Shown: in pieces, positions 28,287 to 38,427 of the stretch
Layout: each line of letters begins with the position of its first letter
How positions within the stretch are numbered: the first letter of the stretch is position 1
NCBI GenBank assembly: GCA_965214835.1
Contig: CBDCCK010000002.1
Location: 1,120,001 to 1,184,000, forward strand
Source of the DNA: Nitrosopumilaceae archaeon
Lineage (GTDB): Archaea; Thermoproteota; Nitrososphaeria; Nitrososphaerales; Nitrosopumilaceae
Direction: 5' to 3'
DNA: 64,000 nucleotides
Notes under the pieces: model-generated
Databases searched by the model: none
What the model was told of the DNA's origin: nothing
The model's input: the letters and a program-made list of their open reading frames with translations, nothing else
Made by a program: the position numbers and the translations under genes

Positions 28287-29615
28287 ATGGCAAGTATAGT
28301 ATTTACAATTCCCTCGGTTTTGAACCAGGGCGGCGGAGAGAGAAAAACCGATCTTCTTGCGGATTCGTTACAGGACGCCTTTACAAAGATCTCCGAGACA
28401 ATGGGCGATGACTTTAAGCGCAGGGTTCTGGAGGCAGACGGCAGGCCTCGCTCGCTGATTAACGTCTACGTTAACGGCAAAAACGCAAAGTTTTCCGGAG
28501 GCATGGACATCGAGCTAAAAGACGGCGATGAGGTCTACATTCTTCCTGCAGTGGCCGGCGGCTCACAGGAGCTCTCAAGCGAGGAGCTGGACAGGTTCTC
28601 ACGCCAGGTGATGCTTGAGGAAATCGGATACGAGGGACAGCTCAGGCTCAAAAGCTCCAAGGTGTGTGTTGTGGGGACAGGCGGACTTGGCAATCCCATT
28701 ATATCAAGACTGGCTGCCATGGGTGCCGGCACGCTGCGTATAGTAGACAGGGACGTCATCGAGCTATCAAACCTGCACAGGCAGACAATGTTTGATAGGG
28801 ACGATGTAGGCACAGTAAAGGTGGAGGCCGCCTCCAAAAAACTCAAGAAACTAAACCCCGAGTGCAAAGTCGAGCCATTGGCAGTATCTGTCAACGACTA
28901 TACCGCACCGGAGGTCATACAGGGATGCGACGTGGTAGTTGATGCCCTAGACAGCGTCAATGCCAGGTATGCGCTAAACAAGGCGTGCGTCAAGCTCGGA
29001 ATTCCCTTCGTTACGGGGGCCGCAGTAGGAGTCTCCGGCCAGGCATTTACCGTGCTGCCCAAAGAGAGTGCGTGCTATCACTGCATGTTCCCTGCGCTGG
29101 ACGAGGACTCTATGCCCACATGCAGCATAGAGGGCGTTCACCCTGCAATCCTGTCGATTGTAGGGGGAATCGAGGTTGCAGAGGCAGTAAAGGTAATCCT
29201 TGGCAAAAAACCAAGCCTTTCCCAAAGAATCCTGCATATCGACTTGGAGAGCATGGACTTTTCAAGTGTCAGGACATTCAGGGCAGAGGAGTGCTCCGTA
29301 TGCGGCTCTGGCAGGCCTCAAGACGCCCCAAAGGAGGAGCTGATCCTGGAGGAGCTGTGCGGACGCAACCGCGGAAGGCGTACGTTTTCCATTACTCCTA
29401 CAAGTACGTTTGACCTTGATGTTGCCAGCGTAACTGCCGCTGCCAAGTCCAGGGGACTTGCCGTTGACAACCGGGGCGAGCTGGGACTGTCCATGCGCAA
29501 TGACGACTATTCTGTGAGCTTTATGAAAAAGGGATCCGCGGTGGTGGTCGGGCCCAGGGACGAATCCGAGGCCATTGCCCTGTATAACGGCCTCCTTGGG
29601 AAAAAACTAAATTAA
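28287..29615 (+). CDS. MoaD/ThiS-like ubiquitin domain fused to a ThiF/MoeB adenylyltransferase
   Basis: N-terminal domain ends in ILPAVAGG; then RFSRQ, GTGGLG, SNLHRQ, CYHC and CSVC. Confidence 0.92.
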   Translation: MASIVFTIPSVLNQGGGERKTDLLADSLQDAFTKISETMGDDFKRRVLEADGRPRSLINVYVNGKNAKFSGGMDIELKDGDEVYILPAVAGGSQELSSEELDRFSRQVMLEEIGYEGQLRLKSSKVCVVGTGGLGNPIISRLAAMGAGTLRIVDRDVIELSNLHRQTMFDRDDVGTVKVEAASKKLKKLNPECKVEPLAVSVNDYTAPEVIQGCDVVVDALDSVNARYALNKACVKLGIPFVTGAAVGVSGQAFTVLPKESACYHCMFPALDEDSMPTCSIEGVHPAILSIVGGIEVAEAVKVILGKKPSLSQRILHIDLESMDFSSVRTFRAEECSVCGSGRPQDAPKEELILEELCGRNRGRRTFSITPTSTFDLDVASVTAAAKSRGLAVDNRGELGLSMRNDDYSVSFMKKGSAVVVGPRDESEAIALYNGLLGKKLN

Positions 29616-29635
29616 CTCCGGCACATGATCAAACC

Positions 29636-30073
29636 ATGAAACTGATACTCGGCTCTCTGATACTTCTGCCACTGCTTGCGTTTTCCCCCGCATTTTCCCA
29701 GCATCAGACCGGCATGGATGACGGAATCTTCATCCTTGTCCAGTCCACGGTAAGAAACCCCGACGGCGTACTGGTCTCATATCTGGAGTCCAGCAAGTTT
29801 ACATCACTTAACATTCCCGAACTGCAGTCATTGCTGGACTTTGAGGCCTCGCGCGGCGCCGCACCAATAGTCTCAATTGACGGCCAGTCATACCAGGTGA
29901 TAAGGAGGGCCCAGGAGAAGACCTTTACTGATAACAATGTGATTGCCAGCACCAACCTGCATAACAACGTTGACGGCCAGCGCATACACATTGCGCGCTT
30001 TGCGCATGACGGGTATCCTGTCTCCCCCGGGGATACCTTGGAGTCTATCTGGACCTTTGTTCGCCCGGTGTAG
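29636..30073 (+). CDS. Exported hypothetical protein
   Basis: Signal peptide MKLILGSLILLPLLAFSPAFS; VRNPDG.LV.Y.E and GD.L...WT..R pattern. Confidence 0.7.
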   Translation: MKLILGSLILLPLLAFSPAFSQHQTGMDDGIFILVQSTVRNPDGVLVSYLESSKFTSLNIPELQSLLDFEASRGAAPIVSIDGQSYQVIRRAQEKTFTDNNVIASTNLHNNVDGQRIHIARFAHDGYPVSPGDTLESIWTFVRPV

Positions 30074-31262
30074 GAACTCTAGATAGCAGCACCCCAACGC
30101 CTATCGCAAAAAACACGACTAGGGGAACGAATCTGTATGGCTGGTTTGTCTGCGTGCTAAACCCTGTTAACAAGGGGGCCACGAACAGCATGCCGGCAAT
30201 GATCACCATGATCGTGTTTGCGTGTCTTACCCCGTGCATCGAGGATATGAACAGTCCTACGACTAGTGGAATCAGGAACAGCAGCACGATGCCGTCCCAT
30301 CTTAACTGGTTGGCAAAGGAGGAGAACCCCATCCAAAACTCTGATGCGTCAAATACCTCGCCCTCTGTCCCTCCGGCAGGCAGTCCGGCCGACACCAGAA
30401 ATGCACCTGCAATCACTACCGCTGTAACAACACCGGCAATTATGACTTTGCTTGACCTTGCGATGTCTGCCTGCAGGTAATAGTAGACCGACATGGGCGC
30501 AAACATTGCAGTCAGCGCCTTGGCCGGAATTGAAAGCACGAATGCCGCCGGCGAGAGAAACCATTTTCGCTTGGCCAGATACAGGGATGCCACGTAAAGC
30601 AGCGCCCAAAAATTCGTGTATGTTGCCGACGTGTCGTATGACAAAAACACGTTGCTCTGGAGCAGGATGACGCTTGATACGACTCCGGCAAACCGCTTTT
30701 GTGTTAGCTGGACCGTGAACAAATATGTCAGTATTACCAGCAGTATCGATGCCATGAACGGAAGCACCGCATAGTTTCCAAAGGCCCTCATGGATGCCAC
30801 CGTCAGCGCGTATGTCACATGTGGCTCATACCCGTATGATACGGACTCTGGCGTCCATACATCTAGCGTTCTTTTCAGGTTTTCATAATCCTCCCATTTT
30901 TCCTCCTCTGAGAGCTCCCCTGCCGATGATATGATGTATGTGCCAAGAATGATTATCAGGACTGCAAGGGCGGCCTTTTTTGATATCTCAAAGCTAAAGA
31001 GCCTGGCAAAAAAACTCGTCATTCTTGGAATCCTTCCCTTAAAGTGTAAAAATGCCAAGCCGAGGACAACGATGTTGGTTATGATCAGCGGTACTGACCA
31101 AACCCCGATCTCAAACCTGTCCGGTCCTGCCTGGGGGATTTGCGGAACTATGCCCTCTGACAGTGTCAGTAATGCCGGAAATACTATTGGAATGGAGCTT
31201 GTGAGGGCTATTACAAGTGAGAACAAAAACCCCGCATACAGGACAACTTTTTTTTGATTCAT
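30045..31262 (-). CDS. Multi-pass membrane protein, possibly GT-C glycosyltransferase-like
   Basis: About ten hydrophobic segments, acidic loop EEEKWED and PYRFVP; next to glycan genes. Confidence 0.6.
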   Translation of the reverse strand: MNQKKVVLYAGFLFSLVIALTSSIPIVFPALLTLSEGIVPQIPQAGPDRFEIGVWSVPLIITNIVVLGLAFLHFKGRIPRMTSFFARLFSFEISKKAALAVLIIILGTYIISSAGELSEEEKWEDYENLKRTLDVWTPESVSYGYEPHVTYALTVASMRAFGNYAVLPFMASILLVILTYLFTVQLTQKRFAGVVSSVILLQSNVFLSYDTSATYTNFWALLYVASLYLAKRKWFLSPAAFVLSIPAKALTAMFAPMSVYYYLQADIARSSKVIIAGVVTAVVIAGAFLVSAGLPAGGTEGEVFDASEFWMGFSSFANQLRWDGIVLLFLIPLVVGLFISSMHGVRHANTIMVIIAGMLFVAPLLTGFSTQTNQPYRFVPLVVFFAIGVGVLLSRVPTPGEQRSR

Positions 31263-31393
31263 AATTATCTGGCCTTTCCTTATCAGTCTAAATCCGTATT
31301 TTACTTATCTGTTTGAGCTGCCATCAGGCTCGTTTCCACCCCTTCCTGCACGTGTTGACAATAATTAAATGAGTAGCATGTAACTTCACTGGC

Positions 31394-32404
31394 ATGGACA
31401 GATCTACCTTAGACAGAGTAGACAAGTCTGGAATGTATAAAGCCTATGACGAGTGGCCCAAATCTGCCAGGGAGGCCTATGGGAGGGACTTGGGCACGGC
31501 TGACTTTGAGGGCGTGGAGCACATTGTATTTTCAGGCATGGGCGGCTCGGGAGCAATAGGGGATCTCTTTGAGTCAATCCTGTCAAAGACCAGCATTCAT
31601 GTAAACATAGTCAAGGGGTACGTGCTGCCCAACACCGTTTCAAAAAACTCCCTTGTCGTGTGCATCAGCGTATCTGGAAACACGATCGAGACCCTCTCGG
31701 TCCTCAAGCGCGCCCACAAGCTAAACTGCAAGCTGATAGCGTTCTCCTCTGGAAACAAAGTAGAGTCCTTTTGCACGAAAAACAGCATCATTCACAAAAA
31801 AATCCCCGTGACTCATTCCCCGAGGGCGTCATTCCCCTCCTACGTATACTCCATACTGAATGTCTTGGGATCCTGCCTTCCGGTTTCCCCGTCAGACGTG
31901 CTGGAGTCGATCTCCAAGCTGGAGGAGATCTCACTGAAGATATCCTCGTCAAATCTAGCCCGGGGCAACCCCTCGCTGGACCTGGCAAGATTCATCTCGG
32001 ATATTCCCGCAATCTACTATCCCTATGGAATGTATGCTGCGGCAGTCAGATTCAAAAGCTCGCTGCAAGAGAACGCAAAAACACACGCGTTTGTAGAGGA
32101 CGTAATAGAGATGTGCCATAACGGAATCGTTGCATGGGAGAAGGACTCCGACATCAAGCCCGTCTTGATCAGGGGGGCCGACGATCACACCAACACAAAA
32201 GAGCGCTGGGAGATCCTGGCGCAGTACTTTGCGGAAAACCGGATTCCCTACCGGGAGGTACTCTCCGAGGGGGGTAACATCCTGACAAAGATAATGTGTC
32301 TTGTCTACCTGCTAGACTATTGCTCTGTCTACAAGGCGGTTTTGGAAGGCGTAGACCCCTCACCGGTCCTATCCATCGAGCACATCAAGTCAAGACTAGG
32401 CTAG
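31394..32404 (+). CDS. Bifunctional phosphoglucose/phosphomannose isomerase (SIS)
   Basis: GMGGSG, SVSGNT.ET, SPRAS, QENAK and EMCHN. Confidence 0.9.
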   Translation: MDRSTLDRVDKSGMYKAYDEWPKSAREAYGRDLGTADFEGVEHIVFSGMGGSGAIGDLFESILSKTSIHVNIVKGYVLPNTVSKNSLVVCISVSGNTIETLSVLKRAHKLNCKLIAFSSGNKVESFCTKNSIIHKKIPVTHSPRASFPSYVYSILNVLGSCLPVSPSDVLESISKLEEISLKISSSNLARGNPSLDLARFISDIPAIYYPYGMYAAAVRFKSSLQENAKTHAFVEDVIEMCHNGIVAWEKDSDIKPVLIRGADDHTNTKERWEILAQYFAENRIPYREVLSEGGNILTKIMCLVYLLDYCSVYKAVLEGVDPSPVLSIEHIKSRLG

Positions 32405-32436
32405 AATTATAACATTCGTTTTTTCTCAATACAGCA

Positions 32437-33321
32437 ATGGCTCGCAACCGGATCGTCTCAGTCATTGTTCCAGTGTACAACTCGGAGAAGTTTCTTTCCG
32501 AGTCGCTGTCCTCCGTCTTGGATCAGACCTATGACCGTATAGAAATAATAGCGGTCAATGACGGTTCCCAGGACGGGTCACTGGACATCCTGAGGACCTT
32601 TTCGGACAAGATCACCATAATCGATCAGAAAAACAGGGGCTTGGCCGCCGCGTTGCAAGCCGGCATTGAAAAGATGCGGGGAGGCTGGTTCAAGTGGTTC
32701 TCCCCAGACGACGTCATGTATCCCTACATGATCGAGGAACTCGTGGCAAAGTCCTGCGAGCTAGGCGACAACTGCATCGTGTATTCAAACTGGGACATGA
32801 TCGACGCAGACGGCAGGCTCTTGCGGGGCTTCTCTGAGACCGACTATGGCCGCCTGAATGACTTTGACTTTAATGTCAGGCTGCTTGACGGGCAGCAGAT
32901 CAACGTCAACACAAGCCTGATTCCGGGCGGGTTCTTCAAAAAAGGGCGCATTCCCCAGCTGGACGACCCCGTATCCGTCGACTATGCGCTTTTCCTGGAG
33001 GCCGGACTGGTTCACCAGATGAGTTTTTACCTGATTGACAGGCCGCTGCTGAAATACAGGATTCACTCGCAGCAACTATCCCGCCGGCATGTACTGGACT
33101 CTCTGCTGCGCACAGAGCAGGTCCGCCGCGACATTCTGCAAAGACTAGCACCTGGGGAGCAGCTCAGGTACGCGGATGCACTGGAGCGCTTTAAGCGCAG
33201 CAAACCGGCCTCAAAAAGACTCATGAGCTCCGGCCTAAGACTCTTGTCGAGAATCCTGCCCACCGGCCAGGTTGACAGGCTGCTTGTCTTTTACCTAAAC
33301 AACATAAGGAGCTCAAGATAG
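32437..33321 (+). CDS. Glycosyltransferase family 2
   Basis: VSVIVPVYN, VNDGSQD, NRGLAAA and SPDD. Confidence 0.9.
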   Translation: MARNRIVSVIVPVYNSEKFLSESLSSVLDQTYDRIEIIAVNDGSQDGSLDILRTFSDKITIIDQKNRGLAAALQAGIEKMRGGWFKWFSPDDVMYPYMIEELVAKSCELGDNCIVYSNWDMIDADGRLLRGFSETDYGRLNDFDFNVRLLDGQQINVNTSLIPGGFFKKGRIPQLDDPVSVDYALFLEAGLVHQMSFYLIDRPLLKYRIHSQQLSRRHVLDSLLRTEQVRRDILQRLAPGEQLRYADALERFKRSKPASKRLMSSGLRLLSRILPTGQVDRLLVFYLNNIRSSR

Positions 33322-33337
33322 CCTTCAAAATCATTTT

Positions 33338-34354
33338 ATGATTCCCAAACTAAGGCATTTTGTGTCTGAGGATCCGCTGGTCTCCATAATCATCGTAAAC
33401 TATAACGGGCAGAGTCTGCTGAAAAGCTGCTTTGATAGCATCTACAGTAACTCATACCCGAATTTTGAGATAATTTTCGTAGACAACGGGTCGGAGGACG
33501 GCAGCGTACGGCTCGTACAAAAGCACTACCCTGACACAAAAATTCTAAAGCTGGAAAAGAATCTCGGATTTGCATACCCGAACAATCTTGGCGCAGGCAG
33601 CGCCAGCGGAGAGTATCTTCTGTTTTTAAACAATGATACCGTGGTTACCCCCGGCTTTCTTACCGAGCTGGTATCTGTGGCAAAAAACAGCAAAAAGATA
33701 GGCTCATGCCAGAGCCTGCTGCTGGACGCTGATAACAACGTGGACTCCAGCGGGGATTTCATAGACCGTCTCGGCGTCTCTTTTAGCTCAAAAGAAAAAA
33801 CCCCCGGCCCCCGTCAGATACTCAGCGCCAAGGCCGCCTCGATGCTGATGCGCAAAGCCGTCTTTTTGCAGCTGGGCGGATTCGACGAAAAATTCTTTCT
33901 GTCTTTTGAGGACGTGGATCTTGGCTGGAGGCTGTGCATACTGGGATACGAGAACTTGGCCGTTACCTCATCAGTCGTCTTTCATTTGGGGGGCCAAACC
34001 ACGAAAAGGCTCGGGCAGGAGATCTCCTTTCACGGTGCAAAGAACCAACTATCGATGAAGATCACCAATTTTGAACTTTCTGCATCCTTTAGGGCGGTGC
34101 TGGGGTTTCTAGTCGTTTATGGCTCACGTGAATTAAGAATTAAACTTGACTATATGCTTCGTGGCTCCACCTCTATTGCCCCCACCAAGTATGAGCCCGG
34201 CATTGCCCAAAATCCCAGCATGAAGGTAATCCTCAAGAGCATACTTTGGCTGTTTCAAAACATTTCATACCTGCACAAAAAACGAATCTGGCTAAAATCA
34301 AGAAGAAAATGCAGCACCAAAGATCTCCTTGCAAGGGGCCTTATCCTAAAATGA
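33338..34354 (+). CDS. Glycosyltransferase family 2
   Basis: SIIIVNYN, VDNGSED, NLGFA, LNND and GGFDE.FF..EDVD. Confidence 0.92.
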   Translation: MIPKLRHFVSEDPLVSIIIVNYNGQSLLKSCFDSIYSNSYPNFEIIFVDNGSEDGSVRLVQKHYPDTKILKLEKNLGFAYPNNLGAGSASGEYLLFLNNDTVVTPGFLTELVSVAKNSKKIGSCQSLLLDADNNVDSSGDFIDRLGVSFSSKEKTPGPRQILSAKAASMLMRKAVFLQLGGFDEKFFLSFEDVDLGWRLCILGYENLAVTSSVVFHLGGQTTKRLGQEISFHGAKNQLSMKITNFELSASFRAVLGFLVVYGSRELRIKLDYMLRGSTSIAPTKYEPGIAQNPSMKVILKSILWLFQNISYLHKKRIWLKSRRKCSTKDLLARGLILK

Positions 34355-34617
34355 CCTGAAACCCAGCTGGGCAAAATGTGATGAAAAATCGAGCAAAGGC
34401 AGAAGCTAGACAGGAAGCATACCGCCTCAGACTGTCCCCAACATGATGCGCACAGCTGCAAGCCGATCATTTTTTTGTCGAGATAGGCGCGACGTGTCAA
34501 AATCATGGTCGGTTCTTGAGCAGACACTACGCGCTACGGTTTGGCCTTGTATCCAGCCCGCCTACAAAGGGCGAGATCTCCGGGAGCAAATACTATGAAG
34601 TCGTGCCTTGGAATGGC

Positions 34618-35553
34618 CTATGGCCTAAAGCCGGCATCCACCATCAGCGCGATGAACAGCACTGCCAGGTAGGGGCTGGAGAACTTGAACAGGGTCCAGG
34701 AGGCCCTCTCGGTAGGCCTTGCAACCACCCATGCAGACAGCGCGATCATCAGGGCGCCTGAGGCAATGGCCGTAGCCAGATAAATCAGACCGGTCATCGG
34801 AGCGCCATCGTCTGCTGCCAAAAAGAACGGGGCGATGCTGAACAGCACCATTGCGACGGTGGATGCTGCCACCACGCGAGCTGACGTGCTCTCAGACTGG
34901 ACGGCAGTAAGCATCGGAACATTGACCTTGTTGTAGTCCTCCTTGAAATGCATGGTAAGGCTCCAGATGTGGAGCGGGATCCAGATGAATACCAGGCCTG
35001 CCATGACCAGACCCATGGTCCACAGATCCGTCATGGTCACTGCAACCCAGCCAATCAGCGGAGGCGAACCGCCGCAGAGGCCGCCTAGGATAATGTTGCC
35101 TCGGGAGTGGCGTTTGAGCGCATAAGAGTAAACTAGGACGTTGTTTGCCAGACCAAATGCAATAAGGGCGGTGGCCCAGAGGCCCTGCTCCATCGTTGTG
35201 GTATAGGACAGGCCGTATGCCAGGGCCAGGGATGCACCGGCCAGGACATAGCCAAAGTTGCGTGCCTTTGTGGCAGGATAGATCCGCTTTGAGGGAAGGG
35301 GCCTGTCCTTGGTCCTCTCCATTATGGCATCAATGTCCCTATCGTGATAGTTTGTCAGCGTGTTGGCAGCAGCAGAGCCTGCAGCTACGGAGAACAGCAT
35401 CAGTGCCCACGTGCCGGGGGACACCTCAACATCGTAAACATTTGAGGCCACTACCGTGGCACCGAATGCTGTGAACACCAGGAGATACCAGATCTTCGGC
35501 TTGGTAAGTTCATAGTATACCGAAACACGTGACTGAGTCTTTTGTTCCTGCAA
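34618..35553 (-). CDS. cyoE: Protoheme IX farnesyltransferase (heme o synthase)
   Basis: LTKPK, DRDIDAIMERTKDRPLPS, PPLIGW, W.P.H.W and DY...VPML. Confidence 0.95.
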   Translation of the reverse strand: MQEQKTQSRVSVYYELTKPKIWYLLVFTAFGATVVASNVYDVEVSPGTWALMLFSVAAGSAAANTLTNYHDRDIDAIMERTKDRPLPSKRIYPATKARNFGYVLAGASLALAYGLSYTTTMEQGLWATALIAFGLANNVLVYSYALKRHSRGNIILGGLCGGSPPLIGWVAVTMTDLWTMGLVMAGLVFIWIPLHIWSLTMHFKEDYNKVNVPMLTAVQSESTSARVVAASTVAMVLFSIAPFFLAADDGAPMTGLIYLATAIASGALMIALSAWVVARPTERASWTLFKFSSPYLAVLFIALMVDAGFRP

Positions 35554-35556
35554 AGT

Positions 35557-36021
35557 CTACTTCCTCTTTGACGGCATGTATGGCATCGATTTTTCCCTGG
35601 TCTTCATCTCTATGAAGCTCTCGGAGCTTACAACGCCGTCTATTCTGCCGATCTTCTCTGAGACCAGCCTGTGCATCTCGTCTAGGCTTTTTGCGTACAT
35701 TGTAACCAGAATATCGAACCTGCCTGTGACCTCGGCGATCTCGCGAACCCCCTCGATGTTGAATAGCTCCTCGATGATGCCGTCGCGCTTTTTCGAGTCC
35801 ATGTTTATTCCTGTGAGTGACTTTACGGCATAGCCTAGCTCCAAGTCATTTACCACTATGGTAAAGCGCTCGATCAGCTTTCGCTTGATTAGCCGCTTTA
35901 TCCTAGAGTACACCACCGAAGAGTTTACCTTGATCTTCTTGGATAGCTTGGGAACCGAGATTGAGGCGTCGTTGCTCAGCTCCGATAATATCATTAAGTC
36001 TAGATCGTCTACGTTTGCCAT
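35557..36021 (-). CDS. Lrp/AsnC-family transcriptional regulator
   Basis: DDLDLMIL..L..DA helix-turn-helix and RAM-domain VTGRFD. Confidence 0.93.
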   Translation of the reverse strand: MANVDDLDLMILSELSNDASISVPKLSKKIKVNSSVVYSRIKRLIKRKLIERFTIVVNDLELGYAVKSLTGINMDSKKRDGIIEELFNIEGVREIAEVTGRFDILVTMYAKSLDEMHRLVSEKIGRIDGVVSSESFIEMKTREKSMPYMPSKRK

Positions 36022-36186
36022 GCCAAACTATCGATCCATTATGGATTTTTAGAACTTATAAGTTTACTATTGAAAAAATTACAAAAATCCGCTAGAATAA
36101 AGCTAAATTCTGATATCACGTACAACTTTGGCCGGTCGCATCATGATGGCTGCCCGGGGTTGTGGAAAGGCCTGCAGCGTACCTGC

Positions 36187-37263
36187 CTAGATCTTGCCCT
36201 TTTTGCATAGCATCTCTGCTAGCAAGACGGCGCCTTTTGCCGAACCCATCTTCTTGTTGTGCGAGAACAGCATATACTTGAGGCCCTTCTCGAAGAGCTC
36301 CTCCTTTTCAACCCTGCCTATGGTCGTGGTCATGCCGTCTCCCACCTCTCGCTCCATTCTTGGCTGGGGCCTTGTCGGATCCTCGTGGAACGCATAGTAA
36401 TCCTTGGGTGCCGACGGCAGTCCCCGAACCGAGATGTCCTTATTGTAGCCGTTGTACAGCTCCTTGGCCTTGACCGGATCGATGTCCTCCGAGGTCTCCA
36501 CGAATACGGACTCGGTATGCCCGTCGATTACCGGAACCCTGGTACATGTGCAACTGACCCTGATGTCAGCATCCTTGATCTTGCCGTCCTTGAACTCCCC
36601 TAGGATCTTCCTTGTCTCTCGCCTGACCTTGCCCTCCTCCTTTGGTATGTAGGGCAGGATGTTGTCGGTAATCCCCATTGCAGACACGCCGGATTTGCCG
36701 CCGCCGGAGATTGCCTGCATCGAGGTCATCATGACCTTTTTTGCGCCGTATTTCTCAAGCAGCGGCTTGAGCGTAATTGCCAGGCCCGTGGTGGTACAGT
36801 TTGGCAGCGGTGCGACGAATCCCTTCCAGTTGCGGTTCTTCTTTTGGGTTTCAATCAGCTCGGCCTGCTCGTCGTTTATCCCCGGGATGAGAATGGGAAC
36901 GTCGTCCTCGTACCTGTATGCGGAGCTAGTCGAGACCACCGGCAGCTGGGCTGCCATTTTGGTCTCAATGTCGCGTGCAGCCTGCGACTCTACTGCTGAA
37001 AATACCAGGTCCAGCTGCGACGTGTCAATCTCGTCAATGCTTCTGACGGTCATCGACTTTACATAGTCCGGGATCTCCCCGCCGACATCCCACATGATGA
37101 TTCCGCCCTCGTTTCTTATCGCGTCCAGGTAGTTTTTGCCTGCGGAGCGCTGCGAGGCCGCAATCTGGGTTACCTCAAACCATGGGTGGTTGTCCAAGGA
37201 CTGGACGAATTCCTGCCCTACGGAGCCTGTTACCCCAATAATTGCAACCCTCTTTTTTTCCAT
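36187..37263 (-). CDS. asd: Aspartate-semialdehyde dehydrogenase
   Basis: IIGVTGSVGQ, PNCTT, MQAISGGG, RVPVIDGH and HN...GSA. Confidence 0.95.
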   Translation of the reverse strand: MEKKRVAIIGVTGSVGQEFVQSLDNHPWFEVTQIAASQRSAGKNYLDAIRNEGGIIMWDVGGEIPDYVKSMTVRSIDEIDTSQLDLVFSAVESQAARDIETKMAAQLPVVSTSSAYRYEDDVPILIPGINDEQAELIETQKKNRNWKGFVAPLPNCTTTGLAITLKPLLEKYGAKKVMMTSMQAISGGGKSGVSAMGITDNILPYIPKEEGKVRRETRKILGEFKDGKIKDADIRVSCTCTRVPVIDGHTESVFVETSEDIDPVKAKELYNGYNKDISVRGLPSAPKDYYAFHEDPTRPQPRMEREVGDGMTTTIGRVEKEELFEKGLKYMLFSHNKKMGSAKGAVLLAEMLCKKGKI

Positions 37264-37347
37264 CGATCTGTAAATAGTCCGGTCAGGACTAATAATCGTT
37301 TTTCGGCCTTGCAAAAGGTACTATATCAGGTACGCATACCCTGTATT

Positions 37348-38427
37348 GTGAAGCCCAGTATCAGGAGCAGCATCCGATCACACAGGCCGGTGGCCCACGG
37401 GGGCAGGTACCCTGTGGGTGCGCATGACCCAGACATTGTCGATTTTAGCTCAAACGTCTCACCGGCCGGGATGCCGGCCTCAGTCAGGAGTACCCTGCGC
37501 AAAAGGCTTGGGGCGGTGCTGGACTATCCGGATCCGAGCTCCTCTGACCTGGTTCGGGGGCTGGCAAGATATACGGGATTGCCCGAGTCTAGAATCTTGG
37601 CGGGAAACGGCGCAGTTGAGATCATCTATAACTTCTGCACGGCATTTGCATCTGGCAGGAGCGTCCTGATTCAGGCGCCCACGTTTGGAGAATACGAGGC
37701 CGCATGCAGGCTTGCAGGCTCCAAGATATCGCGTTTCAGATCAATGAACATTGCCTACGATATCAGGCGATTCATCTCAAAGATTCCAAAAGACGGGTGC
37801 GTCTTTGTCTGCAACCCAAACAACCCGACCGGCACAATACTGACAAAACAGCAAATGTTAAAAATTATTTCGGCCGCCGGGAAAAGGTCCGCCTTGGTCT
37901 TCGTTGATGAGTGCTTCATTGAGCTGGTGCCAGAATCCGACGAGTCCGTCCTGAGTCTGACCAAACGGCACGACAATCTCTTCGTACTACGATCACTTAC
38001 GAAATCGTTCGGTCTGGCTGGCATCCGCGTCGGATATGCGGCATCCTCCAAGGATGTGATATCTGCCCTAAACAGCATGAAGATTCCCTGGAGCGTCAAC
38101 GCCCTGGCCCAGGAGGCCGGCCTTGCGGCAGTCAGATCAAAATCCCACTTGGCAAAATCCAGGAGGATCATCAAAAGGGAGTCCGGGTTCCTAAAGTCCA
38201 GGATTGCAAAAATCCCGGGCCTTGAGTGCCATGACACCTCGACTAACTTTATCTTGATCAGGACAAGGCAAGACTCTACCAAGCTCCAAAAGAGGCTGCT
38301 GCGACACAAGGTTCTGATCCGTGACTGCAAAAACTTCCCGGGACTGGACAACCACTATGTCCGAATTGCAGTAAGATCCCACGGGGACAATCTCAAGCTC
38401 GTACGGGCGCTGGAGGAGGCTGCATGA
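37348..38427 (+). CDS. cobD: L-threonine-O-3-phosphate decarboxylase
   Basis: HGG...DFSSNV, GNGA.E, CNPNNPTG, DECF and RSLTKSFGLAGIRVGY; first gene of the cob operon. Confidence 0.85.
   Translation: MKPSIRSSIRSHRPVAHGGRYPVGAHDPDIVDFSSNVSPAGMPASVRSTLRKRLGAVLDYPDPSSSDLVRGLARYTGLPESRILAGNGAVEIIYNFCTAFASGRSVLIQAPTFGEYEAACRLAGSKISRFRSMNIAYDIRRFISKIPKDGCVFVCNPNNPTGTILTKQQMLKIISAAGKRSALVFVDECFIELVPESDESVLSLTKRHDNLFVLRSLTKSFGLAGIRVGYAASSKDVISALNSMKIPWSVNALAQEAGLAAVRSKSHLAKSRRIIKRESGFLKSRIAKIPGLECHDTSTNFILIRTRQDSTKLQKRLLRHKVLIRDCKNFPGLDNHYVRIAVRSHGDNLKLVRALEEAA

Noticed and set aside
34355-34617. ncRNA or small gene between the GT2 gene and cyoE
   Set aside because: No supportable structure, repeat boundary or coding motif.
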